60,600 bases of DNA from a virus (IMGVR_UViG_3300024428_000003:1-60600), one strand, 5' to 3'. Positions 20,316 through 30,740 are shown, numbered from the stretch's first letter. Program-made: numbers and translations. Notes: generated by a model not told the origin, from the letters alone.

Positions 20316-22034
20316 CTATCCATCACAAGCTAAACAATCTTCACTCATAGCTTGCTGAGCTATATCACCGCGCAAAACAGATTCAGTACGTGTATAGTAT
20401 AAAGTTTTAACGCCTTTTTTCCACGCATCAAAATGAACTTTATTAAGCCACTTAGGAGTAGCTTCGCTAGGGAATGCTAAATTTAAACTAACTGATTGAT
20501 CTATGTACTGCTGCCTTAGTCCGGCCTGGGCAATGAGTTCCAGCTGATTGATTTCTTTAAATGTTTTAAAAACTTCTTTAACTGGTATGTCATGCCCCAT
20601 AGTAGTATTATCCAAAGCATCGATACCCTGTATACTACCTCCGTCTTCCAATATCTTATTCCATGTCTCACTTGTATTTAATTTATGTTTTTTTAATAGT
20701 TTAACTAATGTAGGGTTTTTTCTAATAAAAGTACCTTTAGCAGATTGTTCTGTAAAAACATTAGCAGCCCAAGGTTCTATTCCTGGCGAAACATTCCCGC
20801 CAAGCTTTGAATTACTAACAGTGGGAGCAATAGCGCGCAGGTGAGTATTGCGCATACCAGTACCAACACACCACAAAGGCTCGCCATAAATCTCAGCAAG
20901 GGCCATAGAAGCTCTTTCACTTTCAATTTTAATTTGACTAAAAATTTTCCTAGTTTCAAACTGAGCAAGTAAACCTTCAAAAGGTATTCCCTTTTCTTGG
21001 AGATACGTGTGCCATCCGAGTACACCCAACCCAAGCGCTCGTCCTTTTGTAGCAGAACGAACGGCATTTTCAAAACCTCTAAGTCCTTTTGCTCTTTGAA
21101 TAAATTCCTCCATAACGCCATCAAGAAACCATGTGGCGTCGTGTATAAGGTTTGTTCCTTTCCATTCATCATATTTAGCTAAGTTTAATGACGACAAACA
21201 GCATACAAAGCTATGATTCTCGTCTGTGTGTAATGTTATTTCGCTACATATATTAGTCATGTGAACCTTTAACCCATTGCCTTTATATGCTGCTGGATTC
21301 GCTTTGTTAACATTTCCTTTAAACATAATATACGGTTCTCCAGTTGCTTTTCGCTTTCTAAGTAGTTTACTCCATCTAGTTCTAGCATTCGCATCTCCTT
21401 GTTCAAGGCGTCGCATAAACTTATCACCCACAACTGCGCATTGATGTAGGTTAAGTGATTGTCTGTTAACATCTCCTTTAGGTTCTCTAATTTCAAGCCA
21501 CTCTTCAAAATCATCGTGTTCAATATTGATGTTAACCGATGCTGCTCCTCTTCTGACTGATCCTTGATTAGTCGCGAGTATTGTTGAGTCATATATTTTA
21601 CAAAAGGGTACAACTCCGTCTGATGTTCCATTACCTGTTATTGTTGCGCCAGCGGGTCTAATTTGATTAACTCCGATACCAACTCCACCGCCGTGCTTAG
21701 CGAGTAGCATCATCTCTAAATTCTTTTGACCAATATCCTGTATCGAATCAGCAACATCAATACCGAAACAGCTAATAGGTAAGCCCCTATCAGTCCCAGT
21801 GTTTGAGAGTACCGGACTAGCAAGGCACAACCAGCCATTCCAGATATAATTAAAAAATACTTCAGCCATTTCAGGCTTATATAACCTACGAGCAACTGTT
21901 TTAGCGACTCTTTGGTATGCTTCTCGTGGTGTTTCTCCGTCGAATAAATATCCCCCGGATATAGTCTTCTTGTATACGTCGTTGTTACCCCACGTAGGGT
22001 AATCTTCACCTTTTTTCCAGTTTTCATTCCACAT
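20316..22034 (-). CDS. nrdA: Ribonucleotide reductase class Ia alpha subunit (short form)
   Basis: PISCF, GGGVG, TNICSEI, AIAPTVSNS, IDQSVSLN, KTLYY and C-terminal CLACDG. Confidence 0.95.
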   Translation of the reverse strand: MWNENWKKGEDYPTWGNNDVYKKTISGGYLFDGETPREAYQRVAKTVARRLYKPEMAEVFFNYIWNGWLCLASPVLSNTGTDRGLPISCFGIDVADSIQDIGQKNLEMMLLAKHGGGVGIGVNQIRPAGATITGNGTSDGVVPFCKIYDSTILATNQGSVRRGAASVNINIEHDDFEEWLEIREPKGDVNRQSLNLHQCAVVGDKFMRRLEQGDANARTRWSKLLRKRKATGEPYIMFKGNVNKANPAAYKGNGLKVHMTNICSEITLHTDENHSFVCCLSSLNLAKYDEWKGTNLIHDATWFLDGVMEEFIQRAKGLRGFENAVRSATKGRALGLGVLGWHTYLQEKGIPFEGLLAQFETRKIFSQIKIESERASMALAEIYGEPLWCVGTGMRNTHLRAIAPTVSNSKLGGNVSPGIEPWAANVFTEQSAKGTFIRKNPTLVKLLKKHKLNTSETWNKILEDGGSIQGIDALDNTTMGHDIPVKEVFKTFKEINQLELIAQAGLRQQYIDQSVSLNLAFPSEATPKWLNKVHFDAWKKGVKTLYYTRTESVLRGDIAQQAMSEDCLACDG

Positions 22035-22297
22035 TATATTAAATGATTTATCCAGGCAATAAGCCCATTAATATTTAAAGCTACTAGATTCCATTGTTTT
22101 CTAGAGGCTGTTTGCAATACTACTAAAATAAACCCCACAACATATAGTTGAGGGTCTATAGTCCATTGAGCAGCGATTAAAAAACCACTGCCCATATATC
22201 CTGCTCTAGTCGCTAATCTCTTCCAAGGGCTTAGCCTCTTCTGTCTTACTAGACTCTTTAGAAATTTTTGCTTTAAGACTTTCAATTGCATCTGCAT
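22034..22297 (-). CDS. Small membrane protein (start uncertain)
   Basis: Hydrophobic helices; stop abuts the nrdA start. Confidence 0.5.
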   Translation of the reverse strand: MQMQLKVLKQKFLKSLVRQKRLSPWKRLATRAGYMGSGFLIAAQWTIDPQLYVVGFILVVLQTASRKQWNLVALNINGLIAWINHLI

Positions 22298-22436
22298 AAT
22301 CGTCCATTTGTTTTATTGTTTCTAATGTACCCACAGCTAGATCTTTTAACTGGGGTACCTCTCTCATTAAAAACTGAACAGCTTGTCCAAGCGTTTCAAT
22401 TTTATTTTTCATTTCTATTAAAGTTTGTTCTTTCAT
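22206..22436 (-). CDS. Hypothetical protein
   Basis: 76 aa coiled-coil, directly downstream of nrdB. Confidence 0.6.
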   Translation of the reverse strand: MKEQTLIEMKNKIETLGQAVQFLMREVPQLKDLAVGTLETIKQMDDYADAIESLKAKISKESSKTEEAKPLEEISD

Positions 22437-22448
22437 TTTTTTTTATAA

Positions 22449-23417
22449 TTACCAAATATTTTCAAAATCTTCTCCTTCTCCTGCCTTCGAATAATCTGTC
22501 GAACGAATAGCGAAAAAATCAGTATGGGTAACGCCCCCGGTAAGATGGTAAAACCAATCAAGATTGCTCGCTGCCGAGGTGTCATACGCGAAGTAGTTTC
22601 CAAGGTCGACATAGCCGAGCTCAACAAGTTTTTCATTTGCTCTCTTTTTTATAAAGTGTTTTAGATCGTTTGATTTGATACCTTCAATGTCGCCCATTTC
22701 AAACATCTTGTCTATATACTTTGTTTCTAACGTAACCATGGTTTCGGCAGCTTTAATTATATCTTCTCGACATAAGTTCAGCAATTGATTGTTTTCACTG
22801 CACATATCTCGAAACAATTTACATCCCATTTTACTATGCAAAGATTCGTCCCTAACTGACCACTTCATTTGTTGACCTATGCCTTTCAATAAATTTCTTA
22901 ATTGAAAGCTATATAGTACAGCAAAAGCAGAATAAAGGCTAACCCCTTCAGCAAATGCAGAAAACACAGCAAGACTTTTACCAATACCAATAGGATCGTC
23001 CCCCTTATAAGCAACCAAATTATCAAACCTCGCTGCTGTATTAGGCTCGTGTAAAAACGCTTCATAATCCTCTAGTTTTAATGTCTCATTCAAGTAGCTG
23101 TACGCTACAGCGTGTACGGTCTCTTGCGAGCCGAACATCATCGCCATCTGCCTGATTTCGTGTTTAGGAAACCACGATACGACGTTCTGGGTCCAATAAT
23201 CTGAAACGGCGCATTCGGTTTGCGCGAATCCAAGAAGTATGTTCCCGACGAGGTGCTTTTCTTTTTCGTTAAGTTTTTCATTCCAATCTTTTATGTCGCT
23301 CTGCATAGAGATTTCAGTATGTAACCAAAATGCTTGAGCTTGTTTTAACCAACCTTCTGTATAATATTCAGGGTATTCAAATGGCTTGTACGCAATGCGC
23401 TCATCAAATAATCCCAT
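22449..23417 (-). CDS. nrdB: Ribonucleotide reductase class Ia beta subunit
   Basis: QETVHAVAYS, EGVSLYSAF and RDESLH di-iron ligands with the radical Tyr. Confidence 0.95.
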   Translation of the reverse strand: MGLFDERIAYKPFEYPEYYTEGWLKQAQAFWLHTEISMQSDIKDWNEKLNEKEKHLVGNILLGFAQTECAVSDYWTQNVVSWFPKHEIRQMAMMFGSQETVHAVAYSYLNETLKLEDYEAFLHEPNTAARFDNLVAYKGDDPIGIGKSLAVFSAFAEGVSLYSAFAVLYSFQLRNLLKGIGQQMKWSVRDESLHSKMGCKLFRDMCSENNQLLNLCREDIIKAAETMVTLETKYIDKMFEMGDIEGIKSNDLKHFIKKRANEKLVELGYVDLGNYFAYDTSAASNLDWFYHLTGGVTHTDFFAIRSTDYSKAGEGEDFENIW

Positions 23418-23569
23418 TAGTTATCAATTTCTAAAGCTAAATCTATTAAGGGCAGGTATAATACGTGTGTTGAAAAATCTTTTTCGTGATAACTTCTAAC
23501 TCCAAATAATATACCAGGGTAAAACCCTATAGTTAATGTCCAACTTCTTTCGTTTTTATTTTCCTCCAT
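23417..23569 (-). CDS. Small hypothetical protein (50 aa, not in ORF track)
   Basis: MEENKNERSWTLTIGFYPGILFG...; stop overlaps the nrdB ATG. Confidence 0.5.
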   Translation of the reverse strand: MEENKNERSWTLTIGFYPGILFGVRSYHEKDFSTHVLYLPLIDLALEIDN

Positions 23570-23689
23570 AAACTTTTATATTGTATCTATCCATTAATTC
23601 TTTTAATTCTTTAAATTTAATCTTCCCGCGAACTTCCCAGCTCCATTTAACAAACTTATCAATCTGGCGTTCAGCGTACTTTTGTTTGG

Positions 23690-24148
23690 CTATCCTTTTC
23701 GCTTGTTGAGGATTAGCCTTATTGTCTCGTCGCATTCCTTTTGATTTTGTGGTTTATATAATGTAATCGAAGGGAATTGATTCATAACCAATCGCTTGAA
23801 TAACTTCCAACGCATAGGAAATGATTCGTTAGCTCTACCTTTTGTTTCTATAATAAAATCCTCTCCAATAAAATCCGGTGTATATTTAATAGGTAAAATA
23901 CGTTTGCATCCTCTATTCTTATAATCACCTTTACCATTAGATTGTCTTTCGTAAACTTCATTATCAAAATGAAATCCACTTAACAAAACAAAAGTTTCTC
24001 CTTCGTACTTAGCCTTGATCTTTTCTTTTTTAAGAGCCATATACATATACCTCTCAAGACCTGAAGCGAAGTTGATCCCATCATAAGTAACTTTTTTACT
24101 TACAACAGGACCTCTTTTCTTTTTTCTTTTATAAGGTAGTCTCTTCAT
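23690..24148 (-). CDS. PD-(D/E)XK endonuclease, T7 endonuclease I / Holliday junction resolvase-like
   Basis: FASGLE...YTPDF...IIETKGR. Confidence 0.8.
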   Translation of the reverse strand: MKRLPYKRKKKRGPVVSKKVTYDGINFASGLERYMYMALKKEKIKAKYEGETFVLLSGFHFDNEVYERQSNGKGDYKNRGCKRILPIKYTPDFIGEDFIIETKGRANESFPMRWKLFKRLVMNQFPSITLYKPQNQKECDETIRLILNKRKG

Positions 24149-24392
24149 GAACTTCGATGTTTTTTAATAATGCTTCTTGCATCTCTTCAGTGCTTGATTC
24201 TTTTAGCTTTTGCATGTATAGCACAGCATCCATTAGCTCTTCTTGAAGATGATTTATCCAAGCAAACAAATTTGATTTATCGTCGTTAAGAGTTACGCCA
24301 TACTTTGCAAAGCCTACATCTGATCTTGATACAAACTTATCAACTACACGTTCAACAACTGGGTCTCTGAATTCTATTTGTTTTTTTCTCAT
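24129..24392 (-). CDS. Hypothetical protein, possibly all-alpha NTP pyrophosphatase-like
   Basis: GFAKYGVTL...HLQEELMDAVLY pattern. Confidence 0.5.
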   Translation of the reverse strand: MRKKQIEFRDPVVERVVDKFVSRSDVGFAKYGVTLNDDKSNLFAWINHLQEELMDAVLYMQKLKESSTEEMQEALLKNIEVHEETTL

Positions 24393-25150
24393 AATGTTTC
24401 TTTTACAAATGTTCCGTTAATCATTTTACCTTTACGCCTAGCTATTACATTGTAAGCGGTATCAATACAGTCTTCTATCTTTAATCCTTCTAGCTCGGCT
24501 AGATTAGTTAAGACTACAGCAATATCTCCAATAGCATCAACGATCTCCGCTTTGTCATTGTTTAATAAAGCTTTAGCTAGCTCACCTGCTTCTTCCATAA
24601 GTTTTACATACTGCGTGGTAGAATTACCTTTAGCGTATATACCTTTATCTTTAGCCCAAAACCTTATAAGATCAAATCTATCTGGTATTTCATTTGGATT
24701 GTGTACAGGATTAAAAAAGGCCTCATAAAAAGCCTTGTTATATATATAGCTTCGATTGTTATTATACATCGAGGTTTTAGCATTCTGCATTATCCAGGGT
24801 ATATGTTCTTTTTGTAATTTAAACTTGAACTCTGGTGTTTCCCATTCTAATCCTAAGTTATCTGAAAGGTTGCCCTTTAGTTTATTTAGGGGTACAGGAA
24901 ACGTACTTGTTTGTTCTGTTGGATTTATTTTCATATTTGATTTGAATAAATTTTTATATAGTGTCCGATCTCTTTTATAGCCATAAGACTTTTGAAGTTC
25001 TATTTCCTTGTTAGATATAAAATCAATATCATCACTTGTAAATAAAACTTCGTATTCTCCTGGAGCATAACCTTGTTGTTCCGTAACTCTCTTATTAAGA
25101 TTACGTGTAACTCCAATTTTTTTACCAGGAATGTGATAAATGTTGTACAT
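24389..25150 (-). CDS. MazG-like NTP pyrophosphohydrolase with N-terminal GIY-YIG-like region
   Basis: C-terminal KLMEEAGELA...IVDAIGDIAVVL; N-terminal YNIYHI...KIGVTRNLNKRV. Confidence 0.75.
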   Translation of the reverse strand: MYNIYHIPGKKIGVTRNLNKRVTEQQGYAPGEYEVLFTSDDIDFISNKEIELQKSYGYKRDRTLYKNLFKSNMKINPTEQTSTFPVPLNKLKGNLSDNLGLEWETPEFKFKLQKEHIPWIMQNAKTSMYNNNRSYIYNKAFYEAFFNPVHNPNEIPDRFDLIRFWAKDKGIYAKGNSTTQYVKLMEEAGELAKALLNNDKAEIVDAIGDIAVVLTNLAELEGLKIEDCIDTAYNVIARRKGKMINGTFVKETL

Positions 25151-25158
25151 AATTTTTG

Positions 25159-25983
25159 TTATTTACCAACACTTAACTCTGCTTTGATTGCAGGATAAGG
25201 ATTGTATTTAATTAATTTAATATCGGTAGCTTGAGGTATATTTACGCCTCCTAGAACATTAGCATTGACTCCTCTTTCTAATTGAAGCTTAGGTAATACT
25301 CGCTTAGGTCTTAATCTATATTGCTCTGCTTGTTTCAAATGATTGTTATACAAATGACAATCACCTAATTGACCAATCAACTGACCTGCTTTTAAACCTG
25401 TATCTTTTACTAACAATTCTAGCAATAAGCCGTACATAGTAATATCATAAGGTAAACCTAAGAATACATCAGCGGATCTTTGTTGCCACATTAAATCCAT
25501 TGTACCGTTATTAATATATACTTGAAAAGCATAATGACACGGAGGTAAGACCATATCTTTCATCTCGTGTGGAGCCCATGCGCTAACCATAAGACGTCTA
25601 GAATCTGGATTAGTATTGATGCTATACACAAGATTATAAAGCTGATCTACGCCGTTAAAATTACGCCACTGTTTTCCATATACAGGACCCAATGTTTCAT
25701 CTGTTCTACCCGAGCGTTCGTAATCTGGTCGCCAGTACTTAACGCCGTTATCTTCTAAATACTTAAGATCAGTTCTACCTTGTAATATCCACAGCAGCTC
25801 CGTTCTTGCTGCATTAAAGCTTATCTTCTTTCCTGTAAGTATAGGGAAGCCCAATGACATATCGTGTCTAATCGTTCTTCCGAAGACAGACTTCGTCCCA
25901 GTCCCTGTTCTATCCGACTTATCCAATCCTCTGTCGAGTATTTCTGATAATAATTCTTTGTATTCATTTTCTATATTTATCAT
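25159..25983 (-). CDS. thyA: Thymidylate synthase
   Basis: DRTGTGT, LGPVYGKQWR, LPPCH, QRSADVFLGLPY, GDCHLY. Confidence 0.96.
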   Translation of the reverse strand: MINIENEYKELLSEILDRGLDKSDRTGTGTKSVFGRTIRHDMSLGFPILTGKKISFNAARTELLWILQGRTDLKYLEDNGVKYWRPDYERSGRTDETLGPVYGKQWRNFNGVDQLYNLVYSINTNPDSRRLMVSAWAPHEMKDMVLPPCHYAFQVYINNGTMDLMWQQRSADVFLGLPYDITMYGLLLELLVKDTGLKAGQLIGQLGDCHLYNNHLKQAEQYRLRPKRVLPKLQLERGVNANVLGGVNIPQATDIKLIKYNPYPAIKAELSVGK

Positions 25984-26239
25984 AATAATATTTACACATT
26001 TTATAATATTCCGGCCAAATTGTATTTCTACAATACTTACTGGGTGATAAGTTAGGCTTTTCCCATTTTGTATAAGCTCCTAAACTAATAGCTATATGCC
26101 AGTGATCAGTATCATTTTGTATACCATAAGGTGATATTCTTATATTGTTTCTAACACAATACATATACCACTTATCTTCTTCTTCACTTCTTGCATAAGG
26201 CGGCATAGGTTTAGTACGCTTTCCGTATATACTAGGCAT
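25964..26239 (-). CDS. Hypothetical protein
   Basis: 91 aa, between the primase-helicase and thyA. Confidence 0.6.
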   Translation of the reverse strand: MPSIYGKRTKPMPPYARSEEEDKWYMYCVRNNIRISPYGIQNDTDHWHIAISLGAYTKWEKPNLSPSKYCRNTIWPEYYKMCKYYYDKYRK

Positions 26240-27970
26240 CTATTCCCAAGGCATTTTTTCACCAGCTAAATTAACTTGCTCGTGTGGGATAAAACAACCG
26301 GACTTTGGTTCCCATTTAAAATGAGCTTCAGCGCCGTTCTCTCCTAAGTTTTGAAACTTAATCTTTAATACCTTGGCTTTAACAGTTTTTTGTTCATAAT
26401 CTCTATGAATTAATATACCGTGATAAGATGCATCATACCATTCACCTCCACCTTTTATGTTATACATTGTTGGTTCGTCAATCTTTCCTGTTGATTGATT
26501 CTTGTACATTTTAGTAGGGTGTGCTACAATAAATACTAATACATCATACTTCTTAGCAAACATTTCTATTTTGCTTAAGTATTCCATAGTATACCTATTA
26601 ACATCTTCCGTCTTACAATCTACATCTCTTACTTTATTAAATGGATCTATAACTAAACATTTAATACCTTTACGTTTAACTAACTCAGCACCCTTTTTAA
26701 GTACAGATTCTAAAGTATAACGCTCCATGTCAATGTGAAAGTAATTACTATTACAGTGGTCCGCTATTTGATTCCATTTCTCTCCCCCAATATCTGTCTT
26801 AGTTGGCATACCTTGCCAAGTCTTTCTCATTAACTTATGAGCATGTAGATATGTTGGTACGTTTTCCGGAGAAGCGAAAGCTGTTTTCCAACCATAGTTC
26901 GCATTATATCCGACAACCATCTGATCCACGAAATCCGACTTTCCTGAAGAGGGTATGCCAGTGACAGTAATAAACTGACCAGTGTACGTCGAAAATATAT
27001 TATCAAAGTTTTCCAAACCAATTTGAAAGCCAGGCTTGAAACCATTACGAACAAAGTCCGTGACTTCATCTTCGATATCCCTGAACGTTGTAACATTCTC
27101 CAGTGGTACTGGCTTTGATCTTGAAATACGCTCTGATAATTTTTCTTTTCCATACTTTAATAAATATTCGTTAGCGTCCTTACAATCATCAAACGTAGCT
27201 ATATAACATACTTCTGATCCTAATCTACGTATTAATTCAGTTTGTAATGCCTGTCCAGCTTCGTCTGAATCTACGGCTAAAATAACTTTTTCCTTGTCTT
27301 CGAAATAATCTATGCAATTGTCTAAGTAATCTAAATTGTTAGTATTAAGCGTTGCTCCATTAGGAACTGATATTGCGTTTGTAATACCTGCTTCGTGCAA
27401 AGCTAACACATCCATTTCGCCTTCAACTATGACACAATATTCATAGCCTACTATGCTGTCTATATTATAGAATACTTTTTCAGCACCCTTATATAATTTA
27501 AAGTTCTTTCTTCCATCTCGGTATTTAACATTAGTTAATTCGCCGCCCATAAAATAATTGAACTTTATTACATTCTCGGTTTTACCGGTCTGAGGCATAT
27601 ATTCAGGGCCCTCCCCAATCTTTAGATCGAAGAGAGTTTCCTGAGATATACCACGAGTTTTAAACCACTCAATTACTTGATCGCGTATAGCAAATGACTT
27701 ATCAGGATATTCTGGATCTGGCTGTTCAGGTTTAATATATACCTTTTCAGCTTTACCTTTACGTTGATAAGAATGTAATTGAAATGATGTATTACAATTA
27801 TGACAAGTACCGAGACCCCGTTCCCAATCATAAGACGCACACTTTGCCTTTTGATTCTTGGGTTTTCTATCGTGAGAACATACAGGGCATGTGCCTTGCT
27901 TCTTTCCCTCTTCAAGCTTATGTATATTGAACTCGTCAATAACAAATCCATTGATCTCTAATGTCTGCAT
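26240..27970 (-). CDS. Primase-helicase (T7 gp4 / Twinkle-like)
   Basis: Zn finger CPVC...CHNC, TOPRIM EGEMD/DSD, SF4 Walker A GIPSSGKS, LVIDP, IVAHP. Confidence 0.92.
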   Translation of the reverse strand: MQTLEINGFVIDEFNIHKLEEGKKQGTCPVCSHDRKPKNQKAKCASYDWERGLGTCHNCNTSFQLHSYQRKGKAEKVYIKPEQPDPEYPDKSFAIRDQVIEWFKTRGISQETLFDLKIGEGPEYMPQTGKTENVIKFNYFMGGELTNVKYRDGRKNFKLYKGAEKVFYNIDSIVGYEYCVIVEGEMDVLALHEAGITNAISVPNGATLNTNNLDYLDNCIDYFEDKEKVILAVDSDEAGQALQTELIRRLGSEVCYIATFDDCKDANEYLLKYGKEKLSERISRSKPVPLENVTTFRDIEDEVTDFVRNGFKPGFQIGLENFDNIFSTYTGQFITVTGIPSSGKSDFVDQMVVGYNANYGWKTAFASPENVPTYLHAHKLMRKTWQGMPTKTDIGGEKWNQIADHCNSNYFHIDMERYTLESVLKKGAELVKRKGIKCLVIDPFNKVRDVDCKTEDVNRYTMEYLSKIEMFAKKYDVLVFIVAHPTKMYKNQSTGKIDEPTMYNIKGGGEWYDASYHGILIHRDYEQKTVKAKVLKIKFQNLGENGAEAHFKWEPKSGCFIPHEQVNLAGEKMPWE

Positions 27971-28097
27971 TTAATTTAATTTAATTGTTAATCCCCGTCT
28001 CTGCATTCTGGACATATATCGCAAAAATCTATTTCTTCTTGCGACATACCAGCGTGACACATTTGACACGCCAGTTCGCCATTGTTTTTATAGTGCA

Positions 28098-28406
28098 TTA
28101 AAACGGTAGATCGTCTGCAGGCGCAGGAGCCGGAGCTGCCTGAGCTGGTTGGTCTTGCCTTGGAGCAGCAGCAACATTGTCGCCGTTAGTCCATACTACT
28201 TGAACGTTTCCTAAATAAGTTTTACCTTGTTTAGCTTCGCGCTCTTCTTTTGTTTGTGCTACAACAATCGGACCTTGATTTCCAAATTGATCTACTTCAT
28301 CATTGATAGTAATAGTTACAGGTAAATACTTACCTTTCTTTCCAATAATGATTTTGTCTTTTGGTATCTCATTCAGATTGATACTCGCTTTAATAATACT
28401 TGCCAT
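28098..28406 (-). CDS. Single-stranded DNA-binding protein
   Basis: Small beta-rich protein with a flexible tail ending DDLPF. Confidence 0.8.
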   Translation of the reverse strand: MASIIKASINLNEIPKDKIIIGKKGKYLPVTITINDEVDQFGNQGPIVVAQTKEEREAKQGKTYLGNVQVVWTNGDNVAAAPRQDQPAQAAPAPAPADDLPF

Positions 28407-28408
28407 TC

Positions 28409-28585
28409 TTAATATTGATTTACTTGATTAAACATTCTTTGCAACTGTTCTTTGGTCGCGCCGCTATTCCGCCTTAAGTTGTCTACGGCTTTTACATGGT
28501 TTTGGTTGGTATAAAAATTAGTTACATTAGTTTCTAATCCTGTTACACTACATACTTTTGTTACTGGTTTTCTGGTTCTTCCCAT
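28409..28585 (-). CDS. Small hypothetical protein (58 aa, not in ORF track)
   Basis: MGRTRKPVTKVCSVTG...; fills the gap between the exonuclease and SSB. Confidence 0.5.
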   Translation of the reverse strand: MGRTRKPVTKVCSVTGLETNVTNFYTNQNHVKAVDNLRRNSGATKEQLQRMFNQVNQY

Positions 28586-28596
28586 TTTGTTTAAGT

Positions 28597-29328
28597 TTAA
28601 AGGGTTTTGTTAATAAAATAATTGTTTGGATCAAAATCCGGGTTTTGGTAGAACAACTTGTATTGCTCTGCCGCTTGTTGAACTTTGTCTGCTCCACGTT
28701 GATAAAAATCAGGGGAACAATCAAATATTCCTATTTGGTGCGTGGTTTTATCCATAACTATGAATAACATTTCATACCCAAATAATTTACTATAAATATA
28801 AGCTTGAGAATCGTAATTGTAACGGTAGGCCGAGCTTCTGAATCTTGTAATATCTCCAGTGGTTTTCAAATCAATGATTAAACCTTCTTCGTGATTTACA
28901 ATATCCGCTTTTCCTTTCCACTTCAATCCTTCTAACTCTGTAATCGCAGGCTGTTCATAATCTACTTTAGATCCTCTTATTAATCCTCTGCAGATATCGT
29001 TTTCCATTAACTTATCCGTCATCAAATCAATTTGATCAACCTCTTTTTGTAGAAGACATAGCTCTCCGCCTGAGATCTCTTTATACGCTTTTGTATTTCT
29101 AGTTGAACTTTCTACTATCTTATACTTTTTTAACTTGTCTGGTTCAAGAATAGCAGTATGAAAGTAACCGCCAACTAAAAATGCAGCTGATGGTTTCATA
29201 GAAGTACCTAACGCTAAAGGGTTTGTCATTAAGGTAGATATATCACTATTAGATAAGTATTGTTTTCCAAACTTACCATAATAGTTTTCATCTTCTCTTA
29301 ACTTTTCAATAGCTACTTTGTCGTTCAT
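28597..29328 (-). CDS. RecE/exonuclease VIII-like PD-(D/E)XK nuclease
   Basis: G..FHTAILEP, KGKADIV...IIDLKTT, Y..QAYIY; adjacent to ERF. Confidence 0.85.
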   Translation of the reverse strand: MNDKVAIEKLREDENYYGKFGKQYLSNSDISTLMTNPLALGTSMKPSAAFLVGGYFHTAILEPDKLKKYKIVESSTRNTKAYKEISGGELCLLQKEVDQIDLMTDKLMENDICRGLIRGSKVDYEQPAITELEGLKWKGKADIVNHEEGLIIDLKTTGDITRFRSSAYRYNYDSQAYIYSKLFGYEMLFIVMDKTTHQIGIFDCSPDFYQRGADKVQQAAEQYKLFYQNPDFDPNNYFINKTL

Positions 29329-29883
29329 TTATAGTGTTTTTAATTCTGCCTCTATCTCTTTAGATAAAGAATACTTAGCTTTTATAGCTTCAATTTTACC
29401 ACCTGCTTTTACATAGTCGATCGCTTTATTATACGCTGGATCTTTTTTAGAGGTTAAGGTTTCTTTGTTTTTAGCTGCGGAAGCTTTTCCGTGTGAATTT
29501 GTAGCATCACTGTCTGCTGTATCGTCAATTAAAAATAAATTACCGAGAGCATACTTTTTGCCATAACTAGAAGCGCTCCCAAACTTTTGAGGCATTTGCA
29601 TACCTTTTTGTTGAAGATCAATACCAACAATAGCTTTAGCGTGTATAGCAAGATCTGCATCGCCGTCACTTATTGTAGCTGTTGATTCCAATATAGGGAA
29701 TGGGTCGCTAGCAATTAACTTTTCATTAATTGTAACAGTTACTCCTAACTCTAATAGATAGGGTTTTGTTGCTTCTAGGATGTCTTCGGCTGATCTGAAG
29801 TTGTACTTGCCGAAGGAGTTAAATCTAGATTTTTTAGATTTAAACTTTGTCTGGATCGTTGCCAGTTTTTTATTTAAGGTCAT
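29329..29883 (-). CDS. ERF-family single-strand annealing protein
   Basis: NSFGKYNFRSAEDIL...QKFGSASSYGKKYALGNLFLIDD..D.D. Confidence 0.9.
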   Translation of the reverse strand: MTLNKKLATIQTKFKSKKSRFNSFGKYNFRSAEDILEATKPYLLELGVTVTINEKLIASDPFPILESTATISDGDADLAIHAKAIVGIDLQQKGMQMPQKFGSASSYGKKYALGNLFLIDDTADSDATNSHGKASAAKNKETLTSKKDPAYNKAIDYVKAGGKIEAIKAKYSLSKEIEAELKTL

Positions 29884-29944
29884 AAGGTTTTTGGTTTTCT
29901 TATTTATATAATTACGTATTTGTTCTATTTGTTAAGCACTTAAA

Positions 29945-30700
29945 CTAAAGATAATCAATCACTTGCGTTGCGTCAACGTTAGCGATAAGATAGTCAATAG
30001 CTTCTTTTTTTATCTGTGAAACAATCACTGTTGCGGTAGGAACTGTTAAGCCGATATGCGCAGCAATTTCTTTAGCGGACTTTTTATCGCAGTCTAAACC
30101 ATAGAACATTCTAACAACATCGTATTGCTTAGTTGTTAAGTGCTCTTGCATTAAACTTAATAAATAAGTATTTAAAAGATCTATATTATAGGGCTCAGAG
30201 TTGTCAGGAAATTGATAAGCATAATTATCTTCGTCTGCTGGACTCATATCATAGCTAGTGAATATACTGTTAAAGAATAATGAAACCATTTTATCGTCTT
30301 CAGGATTCTTACGTATTTCATTGAGCTTATGTTCGGGTATTTTAATATCACCCCGGTTAATATCTATTGCGCGTCTTATTGCTCCTTTAATTCTTTTACT
30401 TAAAAAAGACTTTAATGTTTTTTCAACATCAGGTGATTCATCTATCATTAACCAATCTATTTTGTCTACAGCTTTAATTAAACCTGAGTTGCCTTCTTGT
30501 ATTAAATCGTTAATGCTTAGTACACCAGAAGCTTGTTGAGTAGTAGAAAATTTTCTAGCTAAGTTCTCTACAAGTGGCATAAACTTTACTATAAGTTCAT
30601 TTCTAGTATATTCGTCATAAAACTTTCCCTCTAGATTACATATAGAAGTTTTTAGATCTTCTTTGTATCTTATATAATTTTGTATGTTATATTTTTTCAT
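29945..30700 (-). CDS. Phage sigma-70 family sigma factor
   Basis: Region 2 LVENLARKF...DLIQEGNSGLIKAVDK...RIKGAI; region 4 LTTKQYDVVRMFYGL...SAKEIA. Confidence 0.9.
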   Translation of the reverse strand: MKKYNIQNYIRYKEDLKTSICNLEGKFYDEYTRNELIVKFMPLVENLARKFSTTQQASGVLSINDLIQEGNSGLIKAVDKIDWLMIDESPDVEKTLKSFLSKRIKGAIRRAIDINRGDIKIPEHKLNEIRKNPEDDKMVSLFFNSIFTSYDMSPADEDNYAYQFPDNSEPYNIDLLNTYLLSLMQEHLTTKQYDVVRMFYGLDCDKKSAKEIAAHIGLTVPTATVIVSQIKKEAIDYLIANVDATQVIDYL

Positions 30701-30704
30701 CGTT

Positions 30705-30740
30705 TATATTATCAATACTCATTCGTATTACGTTTGCAAA
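30705..30740 (-). promoter_or_regulatory. Early promoter motif, copy 1
   Basis: TTTGCAAAC-N5-ACG-N9-YGATAATATA directly upstream of the sigma gene. Confidence 0.8.

Noticed and set aside
20777-22636. Alternate-frame ORFs within nrdA and nrdB
   Set aside because: They are at most 131 aa, without motifs, and nrdA and nrdB are intact with no sign of an intron, intein or frameshift.
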